Assembly (NCBI GenBank): GCA_963820065.1
Contig: CAWFYM010000002.1
Coordinates: 27,103-91,102 of the forward strand
Direction of reading: 5' to 3'
From: an uncultured Actinomycetota bacterium
GTDB taxonomy: Bacteria; Actinomycetota; Actinomycetes; DATJPE01
Length of the DNA: 64,000 nt
Part shown: positions 27,395-38,588 of the stretch, one piece after another
Layout of the letters: every line of letters starts with the position of its first letter
Position numbering within the stretch: the first letter of the stretch is position 1
The notes under the pieces: generated by a model
Seen by the model: the letters and a program-made list of their open reading frames with translations, nothing else
The model's database searches: none
What the model was told of the DNA's origin: nothing
Program-made: the position numbers and the translations under genes

Positions 27395-28729
27395 GTGGTT
27401 GCGGATCCGCGTCGGTCGGCCGCGTTCCGGTCTGCCCGGATCGCCTCCCTGGTGGCGGGACTGGCAGCCCGGTCATCGACGACTGCTCTCCGCGCCAGGT
27501 TCGCCGACGACCCCGCCGGACTGCGTCGCAGGTCTCGTGCCCGAAACGCCGATTCGCTCCGCACCACTTTGGGCGGGATGAAGGGCGGGGCGCTCAAGGC
27601 CGGCCAGTTGCTCTCGACGGTCGACTCGCTGTTTCCTCCGGATCCTGACCACATGTGGACCGAGGCTCTAACGACACTGCAGGAGACGAACCCACCTCTG
27701 GAGTGGCCACAGGTGGAGCCGGTCTTGCGACGGGGCCTGGGCGCCGAGTGGCGTGACTCGCTTGTTGAGATCGATCCCGTCGCGGTGGCTGCGGCGTCGA
27801 TCGGTCAGGTGCATCGCGGGACCTGGCGCGACGGGCGGGAGGTCGCCGTGAAGGTGCAGTACCCCTTCGCGAAGGAGGTCCTCCTCGCCGATCTGCGCGC
27901 CCTGTCCGTGTCCCTCCGGCTTGCCGGAGCAGTCCTGCCCGGGCTGCTCGCGGCGCCGGTCGTGGACGAGCTGCGACTGCGGGCCGGGGAGGAGCTCGAC
28001 TATGTCCATGAGGCGCGGGCGCAGCGTGAGGTCGCGGCAGCCTTTGCAGGCTCCAACGAGTACGCAGTCCCCGACGTCGTGGCAGCTGCGGACGGGGTCC
28101 TCGTCAGCGAGTGGCTTCAGGGTCGTCCGCTCGTCACGGCCGTCGGTGACTCGGAGGAAGAACGTCGTCGGATTGCGGCGCTCTACCAGGGATTCGCGCT
28201 GCTGGCACCTGCCCGTGCGGGCTGGTTGCATGCCGATCCGCACCCTGGCAACTTCCGGATCACCCCGGACGGTCGCCTTGGTGTGCTCGACTTCGGGGCC
28301 GTCGTCGCGATGCCCGACGGTCTACCCCAGGCGTTCGGCCGACTTGTGCGTGCCTTCGCCGACGAGTCCGCCCCCGGTGAAGCGGAGTCGGCGCTTCTCT
28401 CAGCTGGGTTGATCAGGCCAGGGCGTCGGGTCGACATCGAGAGCCTGCGAGCGGTCATGTCGCCGTTCAGTGAGCCCGCCCGCCACGAGGCGTTCGCGTT
28501 CTCGTCGTCATGGTTGCGTTCGTGCTTTGCTCGCGACGACGCCGCTCGCGACCCCGACTACACCGCGGCGATGGGGCTCACACTGCCGGCAGAACATCTC
28601 ATGACCCAGCGGGTCTGGCTCGGGGTGATCGGGGTGCTCTGCCGCCTCGATGTCACTGTGCCTGTACGCCCCGTCCTGTGCGACCTACTGCCCGGGTTCG
28701 ATGCAGTTGGCGGACTTGAGGACTCGTAA
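27395..28729 (+). CDS. ABC1/UbiB-family atypical kinase
   Basis: GGALKAGQLLS, AAASIGQVHRGTWRDGREVAVKVQYP and HADPHPGNF. The start codon is uncertain. Confidence 0.85.
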   Translation: MVADPRRSAAFRSARIASLVAGLAARSSTTALRARFADDPAGLRRRSRARNADSLRTTLGGMKGGALKAGQLLSTVDSLFPPDPDHMWTEALTTLQETNPPLEWPQVEPVLRRGLGAEWRDSLVEIDPVAVAAASIGQVHRGTWRDGREVAVKVQYPFAKEVLLADLRALSVSLRLAGAVLPGLLAAPVVDELRLRAGEELDYVHEARAQREVAAAFAGSNEYAVPDVVAAADGVLVSEWLQGRPLVTAVGDSEEERRRIAALYQGFALLAPARAGWLHADPHPGNFRITPDGRLGVLDFGAVVAMPDGLPQAFGRLVRAFADESAPGEAESALLSAGLIRPGRRVDIESLRAVMSPFSEPARHEAFAFSSSWLRSCFARDDAARDPDYTAAMGLTLPAEHLMTQRVWLGVIGVLCRLDVTVPVRPVLCDLLPGFDAVGGLEDS

Positions 28730-29079
28730 CCACGAGACGGTCATGGGGTGGGGTGACGGATGGCCGGAGTCGCAAGCGCGGTTCGCGACTTCTAGGTGGA
28801 TTTCGTTGTGCACAGTTGGGTTCTGGGGGTTGTGGCTGTCGGTGGCTTGTGGCAGAATCGTTCATACGTTCGAAGTATGAGTAGCGGCCTTTGAGAGCCA
28901 AGGATGCGCCGGGGTTGTCCCGGTTGGCGCCGAGATCGGATCGGTGTCCTGCCTGTGTCCGTTGGTCCAGCCGCTGCTCGTCTCGTGTTCTCCTACCTTC
29001 CTGGTTCGTCTGGGGGGTGGTTGCAGAACCGGGGTCCGGGCGGGGTGTTGGGCCGGTGCCCGCCTGGGAGGTGACCCCG

Positions 29080-30351
29080 ATGTCTGTTGTGCAGCTTCCA
29101 CCCCGTGGGGTTGCCGGGACCGCGCTGGCTGCGCGGGACGCGGTGGCGGCGTTGGCGTCCTGCGACCTGGCCGGCTTGTCCGGCAGCGAGGCGGTGGACC
29201 TGTTGGGCGTGGTGGGTCCGATGCTGGCTCAGTTGGAGTCGGTGGCGGTGACCGCGGCGCACGTGGTCAAGGAGTCCGGGGTGTGGGGGTTGGACGGGTC
29301 GCGCAGCGCCAAGGCGTTCCTGGAACGCACCACCCGCGCGCCAGGCGCGAAGGTCAGCGCCGATCTGAAGCTCGCGGACCGCCTCACGACGGTGCTGCCG
29401 TTGACCGCCCAGGCGCTTCGCGAGGGGTCGATCACCGTCGACCACGCACTCGCGCTGTCGCGTGGGGCGTGCGGCTCACCGGCGCGCCGTGAGGCGTTGG
29501 CCGACCCGGTCCGCGGTGAGGGTTTCCTGCTTGGGTTCGCGGGGTCTGCCGGTGGATCAGTTCAAGACTGTGATCGCCCGGTGGGCTTACCGGGTCGACC
29601 CCGACGCCGAGGACGCCAAACGCAAAGCCGCCGCCGATGACTTCCACTTCGATCTCGCCGAGACGATGGACGGCACCCACCTGCGGGGGTTCGTGACCCC
29701 CGAGGCCAGCGAAGCGCTGAAAACCGCGCTGACCGCGGCCATCGGGGTCCCAGCGAGTGACGACGGGCGTTCCCCGTCCCGGCGCCGCCATGACGCGCTC
29801 GCCACGTTGTGCCAGCTCAGCCTGGACAGCCCCGGTTTGGGCACCAGCGGAGGCCTCCGCCCCCAGCTCGTCGTCCACGTCGACTGGGCGACCCTCACCG
29901 CGATGCCCGGCGCGGCCGGCCTGGACCCCGCGGTCCTGCAGGAGACCGGCACCCCGATCCCCAGGACGCGTGCTGGACCGGATCGCGTGTGACAGCGAGG
30001 TGACCAGGGTGGTGTTCGGGCCGCAGTCCCAGGTCCTGGACGTCGGCAGAGCCCAGCGCACCTTCACCGGGGCCAGACGCAGGGCCCTGGATGCCAGAGA
30101 CCGCGGCTGCCGAGCCCCGGGCTGTCACGCCCCACCGAGGTTATGCGAAGGACACCACAAGACCCCCTGGTCCCTAGGCGGCACCACCAACGTCGACGAC
30201 GGCTACCTCCTGTGCTGGGCCCACCACCAATGGGTCCACGAACGAGACATCACACGTCACCCACACCACCGACGGCGGACTGCGCTTCGAAGGCGCAGAC
30301 GGCCACTGGTACGGCACCACCTACCCCCGCCAACTGACCCTCCCCGGCTAA
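29080..30351 (+). pseudogene. DUF222 / HNH endonuclease (actinobacterial 13E12-type family), three +1 frameshifts as written
   Basis: Four consecutive homologous segments in frames 1>2>0>1 (coordinate mod 3): MSVVQLPP...GEGFLLGFAGS; LPVDQFKTVIARWAYRVDPD...ETGTPIPR; VLDRIACDSEVTRVV...GCRAPGC...CEGHHKTPWSLGG...LLCWAHHQWVHE; HVTHTTDGGLRFEGADGHWYG. Confidence 0.8.
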
Positions 30352-30412
30352 GCCGTAGGGGCGGGTCGCCGCCTCGATCGACACGGCTGGTCGGCGCCGA
30401 CACCGCCCGTCC

Positions 30413-31564
30413 TCATGGATTGGTGGGCTCGACCCCTTCAGGCGCCTGCGCGGTCTCGGTGTCGACGGTGTCCAACCTCACTCGGCGCCGCCAGAGCAGG
30501 GACGCGACCAGCCCAACCGGCATCGGCAGGATCCAGGTGACCATGCGGTACAGCAGGAGTGCCGTCCCGAGGTCGCTCGTGGCCGAGTTCGACGTGAGGC
30601 TGAGAATGCCGGCCACCCAGCCCACGGCAAGGGCGTCCTTGCCGGGGATCGGCAGCATGTTGAGCGCCATGACGAGGCCGGTGGTCAGGACGACGGCGCT
30701 TGCGCTGACGCTGTCGCTGGTCAGGCCGGAGAACCGCATCACCAGCAGCATCACCAACGCATTCGAGAGCCCCCAGGTGACGTTGGCCATGATCAGGACG
30801 CGCCCGTTGCCGTCGATGGTGCTCTTGGTGCGAGCCCCGAACTTGACCACGCTTTCCTCGAGGTCCTCGGGTGGAGTTCGGTGGAACCGTCGGATGACCC
30901 ACGAGGCGACTGATGAGAGGAAGCGTCCGAACGTGTGGGCGGCTTCTTCGCTTCGCGCCACCTTGATGATGAGCCACATGGCGACGACGAACGCGATACC
31001 TATGCCGACGAACCAGAAGAAGCCGCTCCAGGTTCCCTGTCCGGTCCCGAGGACCAAAGCCAGGCCCAGCAGAGGCATGAACACGACCATGGCGTACCGG
31101 GCCACCATCGCGATGATGACTGCGACGGCGGACTGCTCGTCGTTGAAGCCGTACGTGCGATACATGGCGAACCGAATGGCCATGTCGGCCGGTGGAGGGA
31201 ACGCGAAGGCGGTGAGCTGGCTGGTCGCGGAGGACTCGGTGCCTTGGTAGAGGGTCAGTCCGGGGAGCGACGCCTTCGACGTCCACCCGAGTGCGACGAT
31301 GGCCAGCAGTCCGGCGAGGAGCAGGGCCACGATTTGGCCAACGGAGAGCGCCTTCAGGTCGGCCCACACGTCTGCCCAGTCGACTTCGCTGGGCAGGATG
31401 ACGAAGAACGCGTAGTACAGCAGCGCGAGGACGATAAGGACGCCGACTGCTTTGAGCAGCTTCCTGTTCCGAAGGATCCGAGCCGCGGTAGAACGCTGGT
31501 AAGGCTCGGCGGTGCCGGCTTCCTCGCCATGGGCGGGGCCCGGCGAGTCGTCAGGTGTCATCAT
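30413..31564 (-). CDS. Flippase-like membrane protein (LPG_synthase_TM / UPF0104, YbhN-like)
   Basis: 383-aa polytopic ORF with LKAVGVLIVLALLYYAFFVILPS...ADMAIRFAMYRTYGF. It overlaps the upstream amidotransferase gene by 14 nt. Confidence 0.8.
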   Translation of the reverse strand: MMTPDDSPGPAHGEEAGTAEPYQRSTAARILRNRKLLKAVGVLIVLALLYYAFFVILPSEVDWADVWADLKALSVGQIVALLLAGLLAIVALGWTSKASLPGLTLYQGTESSATSQLTAFAFPPPADMAIRFAMYRTYGFNDEQSAVAVIIAMVARYAMVVFMPLLGLALVLGTGQGTWSGFFWFVGIGIAFVVAMWLIIKVARSEEAAHTFGRFLSSVASWVIRRFHRTPPEDLEESVVKFGARTKSTIDGNGRVLIMANVTWGLSNALVMLLVMRFSGLTSDSVSASAVVLTTGLVMALNMLPIPGKDALAVGWVAGILSLTSNSATSDLGTALLLYRMVTWILPMPVGLVASLLWRRRVRLDTVDTETAQAPEGVEPTNP

Positions 31565-32429
31565 TTGGGCTGGCCATGCTCAGCGGGACCAGGTGGGCGG
31601 GCGGTTCGGGAACGGCCAGTTGTGTGGTCACGGACACGTCTCGGTGGACGTGCACGATCTCGCCCACATCGAGCATTCGCCACCCGGCTTCCCCGTCGAG
31701 CTTCTCGGACGCGACAACAACCGACGGGATGTGATGAAGGTCTTCGGAGTGCACTGAGGACGTGGCGCTGCGCGCGTGCATCCCGGGGCCGGGGCTGGAG
31801 GTCGCGGGCGCGGCCGTCGTGGCTGCGCTGGCCCCGGCGGGACGCTCGAGCACGTGGAGGGCGTGAGTCGCGGGGTATCTCAACGCCCACAGCTCACCGG
31901 GTCTCGCCACGACCGTGTTCAGCGACGATACCGGCAGCCGCTCACCGATCCAGCGCGCGGCAGCGGCAATCCCGGCGCCCACATCGCCATCGCGCTGATC
32001 GGTCTGCTGCAGGATAAGCGCGCAATATCGTTCCGAATCGGTGTCGCCCTGGACGAGATCCCGATAGTCCCCGAGCTGCGCTTCCAGAACGTCGAGCCCG
32101 CCGAAGCCGCCGTTGTGAGCCATGATCAGTCCGCCCATGGTGAACGGATGGGTGTTGCGGACGGCACGTTCTCCGGTTGTAGCCCACCGAACATGCGCGA
32201 CGAAGGCTGTGGACTCGGCCTCGACGGCCTCTCGGATGAAATCGGGGTCTCGGTACCCCGGGGCCGGCTGCTTGTCGATCGCCGGCTGCCCGGCGTCATC
32301 GAACCATCCCAGCCCGGTCCCGTCGACGTTGCGACGGCTTTCCACCTCCATGGAGTCCGGCGCGTCGAGCAGCCAGAACGTGGCCTTGACCGGATGAGGG
32401 CCTGAAGACATACCGAACAAGCGACACAT
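31551..32429 (-). CDS. Class II (Ntn) glutamine amidotransferase, YafJ-type
   Basis: GGGAGG then ATG at 32429 gives MCRLFGM with the nucleophile Cys2. Motifs GWFDDAG, FVAHVRWATTG, NTHPF and DTDSERYCALI. Confidence 0.85.
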   Translation of the reverse strand: MCRLFGMSSGPHPVKATFWLLDAPDSMEVESRRNVDGTGLGWFDDAGQPAIDKQPAPGYRDPDFIREAVEAESTAFVAHVRWATTGERAVRNTHPFTMGGLIMAHNGGFGGLDVLEAQLGDYRDLVQGDTDSERYCALILQQTDQRDGDVGAGIAAAARWIGERLPVSSLNTVVARPGELWALRYPATHALHVLERPAGASAATTAAPATSSPGPGMHARSATSSVHSEDLHHIPSVVVASEKLDGEAGWRMLDVGEIVHVHRDVSVTTQLAVPEPPAHLVPLSMASPNDDT

Positions 32430-32549
32430 CAGGGCCTCCCTTGCGTCTCGGACGGCCATCGTTTCATCCAGGCCCGCCTCGTGGCAGGCATGCAGCGCTT
32501 TTCCGGTGGCACTGTCGTGTCTCTGGCTCGTTGATTGCTCGATCTTCGA

Positions 32550-32599
32550 GCCACTACTTACTGATACTATGTACCAGTAAGTAGCACTGCTTAGTAGTG
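32550..32599. promoter_or_regulatory. Nested inverted repeats, candidate PadR operator
   Basis: CTACTTACTG (32553-32562) and CAGTAAGTAG (32574-32583). A third related half-site TTAGTAGTGG (32590-32599) pairs with CCACTACT at 32550. Confidence 0.45.
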
Positions 32600-32615
32600 G
32601 GCGAGGAGGCGTTCG

Positions 32616-32945
32616 ATGGGCAAGCAAGTGACGGAGATGCTCAAGGGGACGCTGGAGGGAATCGTTCTCGCGTTTCTGTCCGGGAGGCCCGCGTACGGCT
32701 ACGAGATCACGGCGTGGCTGCGAGAGGAGGGCTTCTCCGACATCGCCGAAGGGACGGTGTATGCGCTACTCATCAGGATCGAGCAGCGGGGTCTCGTCGA
32801 CGTCGAGAAAGTCGCCTCCGAGAAGGGGCCACCGCGCAAGGTGTACTCCCTCAACGCTCAGGGACGGGAGTCACTCGATGAGTTCTGGAGGACCTGGAGC
32901 TTCCTCACAGACCGGCTCGACCAGCTCCGCAAAGGAGACGGATAG
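32616..32945 (+). CDS. PadR-family transcriptional regulator
   Basis: GAGGAGG then ATG. LEGIVLAFLSGRPAYGYEITAWL...GTVYALLIRIEQRGLV...PRKVYSLNAQG. Confidence 0.9.
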   Translation: MGKQVTEMLKGTLEGIVLAFLSGRPAYGYEITAWLREEGFSDIAEGTVYALLIRIEQRGLVDVEKVASEKGPPRKVYSLNAQGRESLDEFWRTWSFLTDRLDQLRKGDG

Positions 32946-32947
32946 GC

Positions 32948-33307
32948 ATGGCCACAGGGTGGATCGAGCAGAAGAAGCGATACCGGCAGTACACGGCGCG
33001 CAGGGATCGGCTGGCCGTGGGCTATCGCACGGCGATCGAGGCACTTGAGCGGTACCTGGAGTTCTTCGGCCCCGGGAAGGGAGACAGCCTTCTGGCGATG
33101 CTGGAGGACCTGGCTGATCTCTTCGAGCAGAGCGCCGCGAATGGAAGTGCCATCCGCGAGATCGTCGGCGAGGACTCCGTGGAGTTCGCCGAGGCGTTTC
33201 TTCGGAACTACCCCGAGGCGCAGTGGATTGGGCGAGAGCGGGAGCGGCTCAGCCGTGCCATCGAACGTGCCGCCGGCGAAGAAGGAGTGTCCGATGACGA
33301 CCGATAG
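32948..33307 (+). CDS. DUF1048-domain protein (usual PadR partner)
   Basis: WIEQKKRYRQYTARRDRLAVGYRTAIEALERYL. The start lies 2 nt after the PadR stop. Confidence 0.8.
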   Translation: MATGWIEQKKRYRQYTARRDRLAVGYRTAIEALERYLEFFGPGKGDSLLAMLEDLADLFEQSAANGSAIREIVGEDSVEFAEAFLRNYPEAQWIGRERERLSRAIERAAGEEGVSDDDR

Positions 33308-33734
33308 CGTGAAATCCGTCTGGCCGCAGGGCGCCCCACGGGTCGGGGACCGAGCCACGATGACTCGGACCGTCGAGACCGAGGACATCGAGCGGTTCAC
33401 GGCGATGAGCGGCGACCGCAACCCCGTTCACTACGACGCTGACATCGCGGCACGGACGCGCTTCGGCAGCATCGTCGTCCAAGGCGGCGTGACCTCGGCG
33501 ATCCTGAATGCTGTCGTCGCTGAGAAGTTGCCCGGGCCGGGCACGGTGTTCCTCGAGACCCACTGGAAGTTCTTGGCTCCGACGCGGCCGGGCGACGAGA
33601 TCACCGGCGAGGTGGAGGTGACATCGGTGCGCGACGACAAGCCGATCACGACACTGCTCACGCGCGTGGTTCGTGGCGACGGAGTTGTGGCCATCGAGGG
33701 CACCGCGGTGTGCTGGACCATGGCCCTCGGCTGA
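33294..33734 (+). CDS. MaoC-like (R)-specific enoyl-CoA hydratase / hot-dog fold dehydratase
   Basis: GAAGGAG then ATG at 33294. FTAMSGDRNPVHYDADIAARTRFGSIVVQGG. Confidence 0.85.
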   Translation: MTTDSVKSVWPQGAPRVGDRATMTRTVETEDIERFTAMSGDRNPVHYDADIAARTRFGSIVVQGGVTSAILNAVVAEKLPGPGTVFLETHWKFLAPTRPGDEITGEVEVTSVRDDKPITTLLTRVVRGDGVVAIEGTAVCWTMALG

Positions 33735-33770
33735 CTCGTTCGACGGCCTCGGCGGCGAGTGGCGGCCGGG

Positions 33771-34414
<644 letters not shown>

Positions 34415-34418
<4 letters not shown>

Positions 34419-36544
34419 GGCGGTCTCAGCGGAAGTCGTGCTTCCACAACTCCGCCACGGTCGCCGGGACCGGCGATGAGCGTGCCGCCCAGTTCGCGCA
34501 CACGCGCCTGCATGGCCTCGAGCCCGACGCCTGCCTTCCAAGGTTCGCGCCGCTCACCGTCGTCACGTACTCCCACGACCAGGCAGTCGGTCACCTCAAG
34601 GCTGACGACCGCGAGCGACGCCGCCGAGTGGCGTGCAGCGTTGGTCATGGCTTCGGTGGCGATTCGGAAGGCGGTGACCTCGACCAGCGGCGGCAGGCTC
34701 GGAAGGGTCTCTGGTGCGACCACGCGCACGGTGAGTGGTGTGTCTGTCTCGGGTCGAGAGAGTTGCAGGGCGCGCTGCTCGAGGGCACCGATCAGGCCGA
34801 CCCGATCGATGGCCTCGGGGCGGAGGCCCTCGACCAGCCGACGAACCTCGAGGAGGGTCGCTCTCGCATCAGCCCCCAACTCGCGAAGCACAGACGCGGC
34901 CCGCTCAGGGTGAGCGGCGACAAGATTGGCCGCGGCATCGGCGGCCAGGCCGATCCCGGTCAGCGAAGGCCCCAGTCCGTCGTGGAGTTCATGCCGTAGG
35001 CGTTGGCGCTCTTCCTCCCGGGCGGCGATCACCATCGTGCGTGAGACGCGCAGTTCCTCGGAGACCACCAGCGCATGCACGGCGGCTGACAAGGGAGCGG
35101 CGACGAGCGACAGCGCCTCCTCGTCGAGCGAGGTCAAGTGACGCTCGCCGGGCCGGGGTTCCACGACCAGCTCGCCGACTCCGGCCCCGCCGTATCGCAG
35201 CGGCAGTCGGTGTGGCGTCGAAGCAGGAACACCGGACACAGCCAGGGTTTCTGGACCTGCGAGGACCGCGACGTAGGGGAGCTTCAGCCCATTCCGGATG
35301 GCATCGGCGACGGCGTCCAGATCGCCGAGCCCGTCCAACTGCTTGCCGACTGCCCCGACGACCGCTGCCGGGTCGCGGCGGGCGCCGTAGACGAGCCGCT
35401 CGACGGCTCGTCTGAGGCTCGGAAGGGCGAACGCCGCGGCGACGGCGACACCGGCCGATAGAACGGCAGCGCTACCGGTCCGGTCGACCAAGGTCGCATC
35501 GAACGCCGCGACAACCAGCGCGCTCCCCAGGACAACGACGCTGCTGAGCAGGAGCCAGGTCAGGGCCCGCGAGACGAAGGGCCGAATGTCATACAGCTGG
35601 CCCCTGAGGATGGCCACCGCCACCGCGGCGGGGATGAGCGGGATAGCGAACAGCACCAGGATCGGGGTGCCGGCCACCAGGCTCCAGGGAATCACTCCCA
35701 GCACCACGATGGACGTCGCGAGGATGAGCCAGAGCAGCTGCTGCCTCGTCCTTGAGTCGCCATGGCGATAGCGGACGACCAGTGCAGCGACCCCTGCTCC
35801 CAACGCCGCGAGCGTCCGCAGCTCTGCGACGATCCATACCGATGCCAGGCTTTGGTAGTCGGGGATTGAGCCCCAGGCTGAGGGCACCCCGGGTTGGGGC
35901 GGAACAGGATCAGCGCCCGCGTCGAGCGCGAACAGCGGGGCGGTCACCACGACAGCGATCAACACTGGCAGCCACCGTCGGGAGGGCAGGCGACCGTCAG
36001 GGAACACGAGCAACATGACGGGCAGGAACAGACCGATCGACCACGGCCACGACCAGGTGAAGACAGATACCGCCGTCCTCACCACACCGCTAGGAGCGCC
36101 CTGATCCTGGAGCACCGAGGCGGCCGGCGCCGCCACCGCGCTCAAGAGGTGACCGAAGCCGTCGAGGGTGAGCAGCCATCCAACGGGGTTCCTTGGTCGA
36201 AACCAGACGATGAACCCGCCGCAGATCGCGAAGGACGCGCCGATCAGGGAATTGCTGACGACGAAAGCGTTGAGACTGTCCGACCAACTCCAGCCTGCCA
36301 CCCGAGTCAGTGCGATCGTCGTGGCGACCATGGCCGCGGCAGCGAGAAGGGCGAGCGTTGCAGGGACGGAAGCATTGTGGACCTTCTGGTCAGCGCCGCC
36401 CTCTCGCACGAGCCCAGTGTGCCCCTCCCAGGGTCCCGACGCGGAGGGAATCTCTCCCGGGCGTGCGGGATCCCGTCCCGCTCCGAGGTCCGCCCTGAAC
36501 TGTGACGGGGGAACGTCTGTCGGCCAGCGTGAGTGCCCCACCAC
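34415..36544 (-). CDS. Sensor histidine kinase (HisKA_3), paralogue of the kinases at 127 and 45152
   Basis: 709-aa ORF with a polytopic N-terminus. Motif IPAAVAVAILRGQLYDIRPFVSR, H-box EERQRLRHELHDGLGPSLTG and an ATPase domain. The start codon is uncertain. Confidence 0.85.
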
Positions 36545-36561
36545 AGGATTCCGGAGGACAC

Positions 36562-37299
36562 ATGGACACCGACCGCCTTGCCGTCGAGGAGATTGCTCTG
36601 CACAAACCCGTCCGCGACCTGCGCAGGACCTCGAGACTCCTTGCTGCGGTGATCTTGCCGGTGGGTCCTCTCGCGGTGGCCGTCATCAGGGCTGTGCTGC
36701 CTTACTACACAGCGACCACGAACGGGCAGACGGTGGACGACGTGGTGGCCGACCCGGGCCAGCAGTCTGTGGTGCTCTGGGCTGCCTTCATCGCGGCGTT
36801 GACCCTGCTGCCGGGGATCCTTGCGGTCGGCCGCCTCACCCGCCGACGGGCTCCGACCGCGACCTTCGTGGGAGTGCTGCTGGCCGGCGTCGGCTACCTC
36901 GTGCTCCCGATCATGGTTGCGGCCGACGTCCTTCTGTGGACGGGGGCAAACGCTCAGCTCGACCGGGCATCGCTCGTCCATCTCATGGACTCGGTGCATC
37001 CAACCGTTGGCCTCGCGCTCGCCCTGTTCGTGTTGTGTCACGTGACTGGGACGGTGGTGCTGGGTGTCGCGATGTGGCGCAGTCGAGCTGTGCCCAGATG
37101 GGCGGCCGTCGCCACGGCGGTCTCACAGCCTCTGCACTTCATCGCCCTGGTCATCCTGGCGAACGCCGTCGTGGACACCGGAGCCTGGCTCCTCAACGCC
37201 CTGGGCTTCATGGCCGCGTCGGTAGCGATCCTGCGGTTGTCCGATGACGAGTGGGAGCTCCCGTCCCTCCCTCGCGAGCGAGCAGATCAGGGCGCCTGA
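36562..37299 (+). CDS. 245-aa DUF4386-like membrane protein, paralogue A
   Basis: GGAGG then ATG at 36562 with six hydrophobic helices. MWRSRAVPRWAA and the C-terminal LRLSDDEWELPS match the protein at 47270. Confidence 0.7.
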   Translation: MDTDRLAVEEIALHKPVRDLRRTSRLLAAVILPVGPLAVAVIRAVLPYYTATTNGQTVDDVVADPGQQSVVLWAAFIAALTLLPGILAVGRLTRRRAPTATFVGVLLAGVGYLVLPIMVAADVLLWTGANAQLDRASLVHLMDSVHPTVGLALALFVLCHVTGTVVLGVAMWRSRAVPRWAAVATAVSQPLHFIALVILANAVVDTGAWLLNALGFMAASVAILRLSDDEWELPSLPRERADQGA

Positions 37300-37694
37300 A
37301 GGTGCCTGTCGTCGAGGGCTCCCGACAGGGCACGACCAAAACCTTCGACGTCACCCGCGATGGCTTCCAGTGCAGCCGCATCGAGCACTTCGACGAACCC
37401 GCCGTCCGCCAGCTCGGCAACGACGGTCGGAGTCCGCGCTGCGGTGAAGGCCATCAATTCTGGAGTTCGCTCATTGCGATGCACCAAGTCGAAGGGCACC
37501 TCGAGGCCCCTGCAGAGCACATCCCATGATCGCCGCCGTCGTACTCCTCGGTGGGTGATGTCGCACAATGAGCAGCTGGCCGTCCCGCGCAGGTGCCCGA
37601 CGACGTACGCCAGCTCACCACGAACGCCGCCGTCAGCGTTGTAGACGCCAACCAGGCGTCGGACCGTACGCGGGAGATCAGCATCCGGGGTCAC
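37287..37694 (-). CDS. Hypothetical 135-aa protein with a CxxC motif
   Basis: ORF with protein-like composition (LVGVYNADGGVRGELAYVVGHLRGTASCSLCDITH). It is convergent with the preceding gene and I did not recognise a family. Confidence 0.55.
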   Translation of the reverse strand: MTPDADLPRTVRRLVGVYNADGGVRGELAYVVGHLRGTASCSLCDITHRGVRRRRSWDVLCRGLEVPFDLVHRNERTPELMAFTAARTPTVVAELADGGFVEVLDAAALEAIAGDVEGFGRALSGALDDRHLQAP

Positions 37695-37736
37695 TCGACA
37701 AGTATGTCGTCGCTGATCGTCCGGTGCCGAGTCGGA

Positions 37737-38588
37737 TCAGCTCGAGGTCTTGGTCCATGTGCCCTGGTAGATGGCAGCCCTGTCACCGCACGGATCCTTG
37801 CCGACCGGGGTGAGTTTCATCGTCTTCCCGTTGTTGGTCAGCGTGGAGGACCAGGCCCACTGCGGGTCTGGATCCTCACAGAAGGAACCGTTGGTCGAAT
37901 TGGGGAAGGGAGGCACCTCAATCGTCGGTCGCAGGGTCAGTCGCCCCGCAGCGCGGTAGGCCACATCATCCCTTAGCCCGCCGCCCTGGGGATCCTCGAG
38001 GAGCCATCCGACGTTGTTGATCGTCAGCCTCCAGCGTCCTGTGGGAGGGGGTTGACCTGAGGTCGCCTTGGAAACGTCAGCGGAGGAGACCGCGCGCGTC
38101 CAGTGCCCGGCGATCGAAGCGGGCGGCGGGGTCGGCTTGCCCACCGTCGCGGAGACCGTGTCGGTGACCGTCTGCCCGTCCAGAGTGACCAGTCGTGTCT
38201 CGAAAGTGTGTTGTCCTGGCTTGAGGAAGGAGGTGACCAGCCAGTTGCCGTCGTCGCCGTAGAAATACGGAGGGTTCCTCTCCGTCCAGCCCAGCTCCGA
38301 GTCGATCAGGAAGTCGACCTCGGAGACATCAGCCGCGTCGATCGACGGTGTGGCCTCCCAGTGGATGCGGTGTGGCAGGGCCGCCACACCGTCGATGCTC
38401 GCGGTGATCGAGGCCGCACCGACCGTTGAGCTCGGCGTGGGCAACGATGCCGCCGCTGAAGGCGTCGAGGCAGGTGCAGGTGTTGACACACCTGAGCTTG
38501 AGCACCCCACCAAGGCCAGCAGCACGAAGGCGCTGGTCAGGGGGAGCGCCGGTCGGCCTCGGAGGACCGACTGGCGTGGCCGCCTCAT
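37737..38588 (-). CDS. Lipoprotein, 283 aa
   Basis: ATG at 38588 gives MRRPRQSVLRGRPALPLTSAFVLLALVGCSSSG with a lipobox LVGC. It overlaps the corrected stop of the upstream gene (ATGA). Confidence 0.7.
   Translation of the reverse strand: MRRPRQSVLRGRPALPLTSAFVLLALVGCSSSGVSTPAPASTPSAAASLPTPSSTVGAASITASIDGVAALPHRIHWEATPSIDAADVSEVDFLIDSELGWTERNPPYFYGDDGNWLVTSFLKPGQHTFETRLVTLDGQTVTDTVSATVGKPTPPPASIAGHWTRAVSSADVSKATSGQPPPTGRWRLTINNVGWLLEDPQGGGLRDDVAYRAAGRLTLRPTIEVPPFPNSTNGSFCEDPDPQWAWSSTLTNNGKTMKLTPVGKDPCGDRAAIYQGTWTKTSS

Noticed and set aside
28859-28873. A LexA/SOS box upstream of the DUF222 gene.
   Set aside because: The sequence is a direct repeat (CGTTC ata CGTTC), not the inverted TCGAAC-N4-GTTCGA arrangement.
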